Of a stretch of 64,000 nucleotides of DNA, positions 59,527 through 64,000 are shown in pieces. The stretch is from Gammaproteobacteria bacterium (GTDB lineage: Bacteria > Pseudomonadota > Gammaproteobacteria > Poriferisulfidales > GCA-002705445): contig JABGXU010000008.1 in NCBI GenBank assembly GCA_018675635.1, positions 2,544-66,543 on the forward strand, written 5' to 3'. The position numbers and the translations under genes are program-made. The notes under the pieces were generated by a model, which was not told the DNA's origin, ran no database searches, and was given only the letters and a program-made list of their open reading frames with translations. The first letter of the stretch is position 1; each line of letters opens with the position of its first letter.

Positions 59527-60901
59527 TTGGTATCTCTAAGGTTGAATCTATTTTGGATATTTCTTCTCTAAATTTTTCTTGTATTCTATATAGCTCTGTT
59601 TCCGTTTTTGCTTCAAATCTCATAACAAGACAGGGCATTGTATTAGAAGCTCTAATTAAACCCCAGCCATTTTCATAATCTACTCTTAAACCATCTATTT
59701 TAGACATTGTAGCATTAGAGAATTTTGCATTATTAACAAATTTTTTCATAAAATCATGTTGAGCTCCATCTTTATTAACAAAAATATTTAATTCATGAGT
59801 AGAGCAAAGAGAAGGTAAACTACTAAATAGCTCGCTACTTGAAAGATTCTGGTTTGAAATTATCTCTAGCATTCTTGCACCAGTATATATTCCGTCATCA
59901 AAACCATACCATCTCTCTTTAAAAAATATATGACCTGACATTTCACCTCCAAGTATAGCGTCTATTTCCTTCATCTTCTTTTTTATAAATGAATGACCTG
60001 TTCTACACATTACAGGGATACCATTATTTTTCTTAATATAATCTGGTAAAAGTTTAGTAGATTTAACATCAAAAACAATTTTAGAATTTTTATTTCTTGA
60101 TAGAACATCAGATGAATAAAGCATCATTTGTCTATCTGGCCACAATATATTTCCTAAATTATCAATTATTATGCACCTATCTCCATCTCCGTCAAATGCA
60201 ATACCTAAATCACATTTATTGGATATAACGATCTCAATTAAATCATTTAAATTTTTAGGATCATTTGGATTAGGGGGGTGATTTGGAAAGTTACCATCAA
60301 TATCGCAATATAAATTTATTACATCACAACCCAAATTTTTATAAACATTAAGAGCTTGAGGCCCTGCTACACCATTGCCAGCGTCAATAGCAATTTTTAA
60401 TTTTTTTTTAATTTTTATATCACCACATATTCTTTCTATATATTTATCATTAATTTTTAAATTTTCTAAAGTTCCTAGATTTTTACTTTTTAAAAACTTA
60501 TTAGAAACTATATGTTTATATATATTTTGTATTTCTTCTCCAGCAAGGGAATGGCCATCCATAATAATTTTTAAACCATTATAATTTTTTGGATTATGAC
60601 TACCAGTAACTATAATTCCAGAAGTTAATTTAAAAAAATTAACAGCAAAGTACATTATCGGTGTTGGAACTACACCTATATCTATAACATCTTTTCCAGA
60701 TTTTAAAAAACCATTTATTAAAGACTTTGATAATGCTAAGCTTGATAATCTTCCGTCTCTTCCTACTATTATTTTTTTATTATTTTTATTATATATTTTA
60801 CAAAGTGCCTCAGCTATTAAGTGCACAGAATCAAGAGTTAATTGACTGTCATAAATTCCTCTTACATCGTAAGCTTTAAAAATATCTTTAGAAATATTCA
60901 T
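59513..60901 (-). CDS. algC: Phosphomannomutase/phosphoglucomutase
   Basis: FKAYDVRG, TGSHNP, FDGDGDR, GEMSGH and RASNT motifs; dut-algC-argB order. Confidence 0.92.
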   Translation of the reverse strand: MNISKDIFKAYDVRGIYDSQLTLDSVHLIAEALCKIYNKNNKKIIVGRDGRLSSLALSKSLINGFLKSGKDVIDIGVVPTPIMYFAVNFFKLTSGIIVTGSHNPKNYNGLKIIMDGHSLAGEEIQNIYKHIVSNKFLKSKNLGTLENLKINDKYIERICGDIKIKKKLKIAIDAGNGVAGPQALNVYKNLGCDVINLYCDIDGNFPNHPPNPNDPKNLNDLIEIVISNKCDLGIAFDGDGDRCIIIDNLGNILWPDRQMMLYSSDVLSRNKNSKIVFDVKSTKLLPDYIKKNNGIPVMCRTGHSFIKKKMKEIDAILGGEMSGHIFFKERWYGFDDGIYTGARMLEIISNQNLSSSELFSSLPSLCSTHELNIFVNKDGAQHDFMKKFVNNAKFSNATMSKIDGLRVDYENGWGLIRASNTMPCLVMRFEAKTETELYRIQEKFREEISKIDSTLEIPNGKE

Positions 60902-60903
60902 TA

Positions 60904-61362
60904 TTAATTTTTTCCGCTATGACCAAAACCACCGGAAGATCTTTCTGTTATTTCAAAATCGTCTACAAAATTATATTCAATGTTTATTACAGGTATTAAT
61001 AAGAATTGAGCAATCCTATCACCAGGGTTAATTAAAAATTTATTTTCACTATTGTTAAACAATGAAACCATAAGCTCACCTTGATAATCTGAATCTATTA
61101 GGCCAACAGAATTTCCTAAAATTATTCCATGCTTGTGGCCTAATCCTGACCTTGGCAAAATTATGCCAGCATAGTCATTATCCTCTATATAAAAAGCTAT
61201 ACCTGTAGGAATTAAGGTAGTATTTCTAGGTAACAATTCTATACTATTATCTATACACGCTCTTATATCCATAGCTGCAGAGCCATCTGTAGCGTACGTT
61301 GGCATAGGTATGTCCAATCCAATTTTTGAATTTAATATTTTTACTTGTACTTTCTTTGCCAT
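60904..61362 (-). CDS. dut: dUTP diphosphatase
   Basis: [21 protein letters not shown] and GGFGHSG motifs. Confidence 0.98.
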   Translation of the reverse strand: MAKKVQVKILNSKIGLDIPMPTYATDGSAAMDIRACIDNSIELLPRNTTLIPTGIAFYIEDNDYAGIILPRSGLGHKHGIILGNSVGLIDSDYQGELMVSLFNNSENKFLINPGDRIAQFLLIPVINIEYNFVDDFEITERSSGGFGHSGKN

Positions 61363-61377
61363 ACTTCACGCCTCAGT

Positions 61378-62562
61378 TTAATTATAAATCTTTGAAATCT
61401 CTTCAACAAATTCTAATGCTAGGTCCTTCTTGTTTTTTAATTCTAGTGTTTTTTCTAAACCTTCTCCCCAATACAATGTAATTGAATTATTTTCATTATC
61501 AATGCCTTCGGATAAACTTACTTTGTTAGCTGCTATTATTGAAATACCTTTATTTTTTAATTTTTTTATAGCATTTGATTTTAAATCATTAGTTTCAGCT
61601 GCAAAACCTATTGTAAATACTTTGTAATTTTTTGCTATTGTCTTCAAAATGTCTACATTTTTTTTTAATTCTAATGTTAATTTATCATTACTTTTTATTT
61701 TTTTATCAGCTCTATCTCTTGCAGTAAAATCAGAAACTGCTGCAACAGAAACAAATATATCGCAACCCTTTATGTTATTCTCTACTGCATTTAACATTTC
61801 CTCCCCGCTTTTTATATTTATGCAAAAAATATTTTCATTTTGCATATATTTACATGGTCCCTTTACAAGCACAACATTAGCTCCTTGGTCATAAAATGCA
61901 TTTGCAATTTCACACCCCATCATTCCTGAACTTCTATTTGATAAATATCTTACTGGGTCTATAAGTTCTATTGTCGGCCCTGCTGTAATTATTATTTTTT
62001 TATTTTTAAAAAATTTTTTAGGCTTATGCATTAGCTTTTCTAGATCATTAAATATATCTTCGGGCTCCTTCATCCTTCCTGATCCTACGTCTCCACAAGC
62101 TTGGCTACCATATTCTGGTCCTAAAAATATTATTCCTCTTTTTTTTAATATTTTATAATTATCTTGTGTAGCTTTATTCGCCCACATATTTTTATTCATA
62201 CTTGGGGCTAAAGCAATTTTTTTATTAAATGCAAGACATACTGTAGACAGCATATCGTCAGCTCTACCATGCAATATTTTTGACATAAATTCTGCTGTAG
62301 TTGGAGCAACTAAAATAATGTCAGCCCATTTTGCTATATCAATATGTAACATTGGTTTATTTTTATCTACAGAGTTATATAAAAATACTTTTTCATTTGT
62401 TAAGGCTTCAAATGTTAAGGGCGTAATAAAGTCCTCTGCTGTTCTGGTCATAATTACTTTTACCAAATAATCACTTTTTACAAGTAATCTAGCTATTTCA
62501 GCAGATTTATATGCAGCAATCCCGCCCGTTATACCAAGCAATACTTTAGTTTTTTTATTCAT
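61378..62562 (-). CDS. coaBC: Phosphopantothenoylcysteine decarboxylase/synthetase
   Basis: GITGGIAAYKS, APSMN, ACGDVGSGRM, TAGPT, DPVRYLSNRSSG and GFAAET motifs; ATG at 62562 overlaps the bioF TGA. Confidence 0.97.
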   Translation of the reverse strand: MNKKTKVLLGITGGIAAYKSAEIARLLVKSDYLVKVIMTRTAEDFITPLTFEALTNEKVFLYNSVDKNKPMLHIDIAKWADIILVAPTTAEFMSKILHGRADDMLSTVCLAFNKKIALAPSMNKNMWANKATQDNYKILKKRGIIFLGPEYGSQACGDVGSGRMKEPEDIFNDLEKLMHKPKKFFKNKKIIITAGPTIELIDPVRYLSNRSSGMMGCEIANAFYDQGANVVLVKGPCKYMQNENIFCINIKSGEEMLNAVENNIKGCDIFVSVAAVSDFTARDRADKKIKSNDKLTLELKKNVDILKTIAKNYKVFTIGFAAETNDLKSNAIKKLKNKGISIIAANKVSLSEGIDNENNSITLYWGEGLEKTLELKNKKDLALEFVEEISKIYN

Positions 62563-63737
62563 TTTAAGATTGTACAAGATTTCTTGTATATCGTATCTAG
62601 AATATTTAACAAATAATCAATATCTGATTCCTCATGATCAACAGTTAATGAAATTCTTAATCTAGCTTTACCTTCTTCAACAGTGGGGGGCCTAATAGCT
62701 GGTAAATATATGCCATGCTTTAATAATTTCTCACTTACATATAAAGCCTTTTTAGTATCGCAGATTAAAATAATCTGAATTTGTGAATCGCTATTTAAAA
62801 CCTGATAATCCATAGATCTTATATTTTTTCTAAAATATTTAATTAAAGAAAATAATTTTTCTCTCCTCCATGTCTCATTCTTAATAATTTTTAAAGACCT
62901 TCTGGTTGCCTCAACAGCATTTGCAGGAAGCGAAGTAGAATATATATAGCTTCTTGATTTCTGCATAACATACTCAACATAATCAGATCTTCCTGAAAAA
63001 AAAGCTCCAAACGTACCAAATGATTTGCCAAATGTTCCTGTTATAAAAATATTTTTTTTATTATTTAATTTTAGATTATTAACAATCCCTCTTCCATCTT
63101 TACCATGAACTCCTAAAGCATGAGCTTCATCAATTAATAATAATGCTTTGTATTTGTTAGCTTTGGTATTTATTTTTTTTATTTCAGCAATATCACCGTC
63201 CATACTAAACAAAGAATCGCTTATTATTAATTTTTTTTTATTTTTATCTAATGAGGACAATACATGTTCTAAATCATTAATATCACTATGTTTATAGCGT
63301 TTAAAAATTGCTCTAGATAAAATAGAGCCATCTATTAGGGAAGCATGGTTAAGTTGATCTGAAATGATATTATCACTCCTACTAACCAGTGATTTAATTA
63401 CTCCTAAATTAGCTTGATAACCAGTAGAAAATAGTAAAGTTTTTTCTTGCCCTAGAAAATCTGAAAGTTCTTCCTCTAGTTTATAATGTGCCTTTGTAAA
63501 ACCGGATATAAGCGCTGATGAACTTGTGCTATAACCATATTTTTCTAGTGCCTTCTTTGCACTATTTATGACTCTTTTATCATTTGATAAGGAAAGATAA
63601 TCATTGCTAGCAAATGAAAGATATTCTTTTTTTTTGTAGATAAAAATGTGTGAATTTCCAGAATCTCTAGGCCTTCTGACTCTATAATTATTAGATAACT
63701 TAAGGTCTTTAAGTTTATTTTTTATAAATTTATCCAA
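62559..63737 (-). CDS. bioF: 8-amino-7-oxononanoate synthase
   Basis: FASNDYL, TGYQAN, NHASLIDG, FSMDGD, DEAHA, TFGKSFG and IRPPTV motifs. Confidence 0.95.
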   Translation of the reverse strand: MDKFIKNKLKDLKLSNNYRVRRPRDSGNSHIFIYKKKEYLSFASNDYLSLSNDKRVINSAKKALEKYGYSTSSSALISGFTKAHYKLEEELSDFLGQEKTLLFSTGYQANLGVIKSLVSRSDNIISDQLNHASLIDGSILSRAIFKRYKHSDINDLEHVLSSLDKNKKKLIISDSLFSMDGDIAEIKKINTKANKYKALLLIDEAHALGVHGKDGRGIVNNLKLNNKKNIFITGTFGKSFGTFGAFFSGRSDYVEYVMQKSRSYIYSTSLPANAVEATRRSLKIIKNETWRREKLFSLIKYFRKNIRSMDYQVLNSDSQIQIILICDTKKALYVSEKLLKHGIYLPAIRPPTVEEGKARLRISLTVDHEESDIDYLLNILDTIYKKSCTILK

Positions 63738-63757
63738 ATTTTATAACCAGTGATTGA

Positions 63758-64000
63758 TTAATTTATTAACTTTAAATTATAAGTATTTTGTTTTTTATCT
63801 AAATCTAGCGCTTTTTCTTTATTTAATTTGTTTATTTGTTTAGTTTCGCCTTCTATTTTCATACCCAAATTATTAAATAATTTTCTATCTTCCTCTACCT
63901 CTACATTTGGTGCAGTTAAAAGCTCTTCCCCATAAAAAACTGAATTTCCTCCTGCATAAAAACATAATGCTTGCATTGAATCTGTCATTGATTCTCTGCC
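63758..64000 (-). CDS. bioB: Biotin synthase, C-terminal part (5' end outside the window)
   Basis: [32 protein letters not shown] matches the BioB C-terminus; upstream of bioF. Confidence 0.92.
   Translation of the reverse strand, partial: GRESMTDSMQALCFYAGGNSVFYGEELLTAPNVEVEEDRKLFNNLGMKIEGETKQINKLNKEKALDLDKKQNTYNLKLIN

Overview
64 kb of the core chromosome of a very AT-rich (roughly 25-30% GC by eye), gene-dense gammaproteobacterium with a streamlined, probably marine, layout. It is mostly housekeeping genes: gshA, groESL, hemH, priA-argS, nadA, glnK-amtB, cytochrome c4/dsbA/c5, polA, a TRAP transporter, uvrD, ubiEJB, xerC-dapF-lysA-argH, hemCD, gmk-rpoZ-spoT-recG, pstS, ispB, rplU-rpmA-obgE-proB, rpsT, murJ-ribF-ileS-lspA-ispH, argB-algC-dut-coaBC and bioBF. 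I see no CRISPR array, prophage, transposase or obvious multi-gene defence system, and I cannot support a claim of a large new system. The interesting signals sit in the few non-coding gaps and below the ORF-track cut-off. They are: a CIRCE operator on a sigma70 groESL promoter; a sigma54/NtrC promoter at glnK with an orphan hairpin/terminator cluster upstream; an AmtB with a repeat expansion and odd substitutions; two unannotated single-TM microproteins with strong RBSs; an orphan 6-TM gene inside a split TRAP locus with a relic alternative C-terminus; a structured ~160-nt element between gmk and a lone pstS, which is followed by an Acr3-like fragment; and a decayed tRNA gene. All product calls come from motif recognition and gene order, not from database searches.
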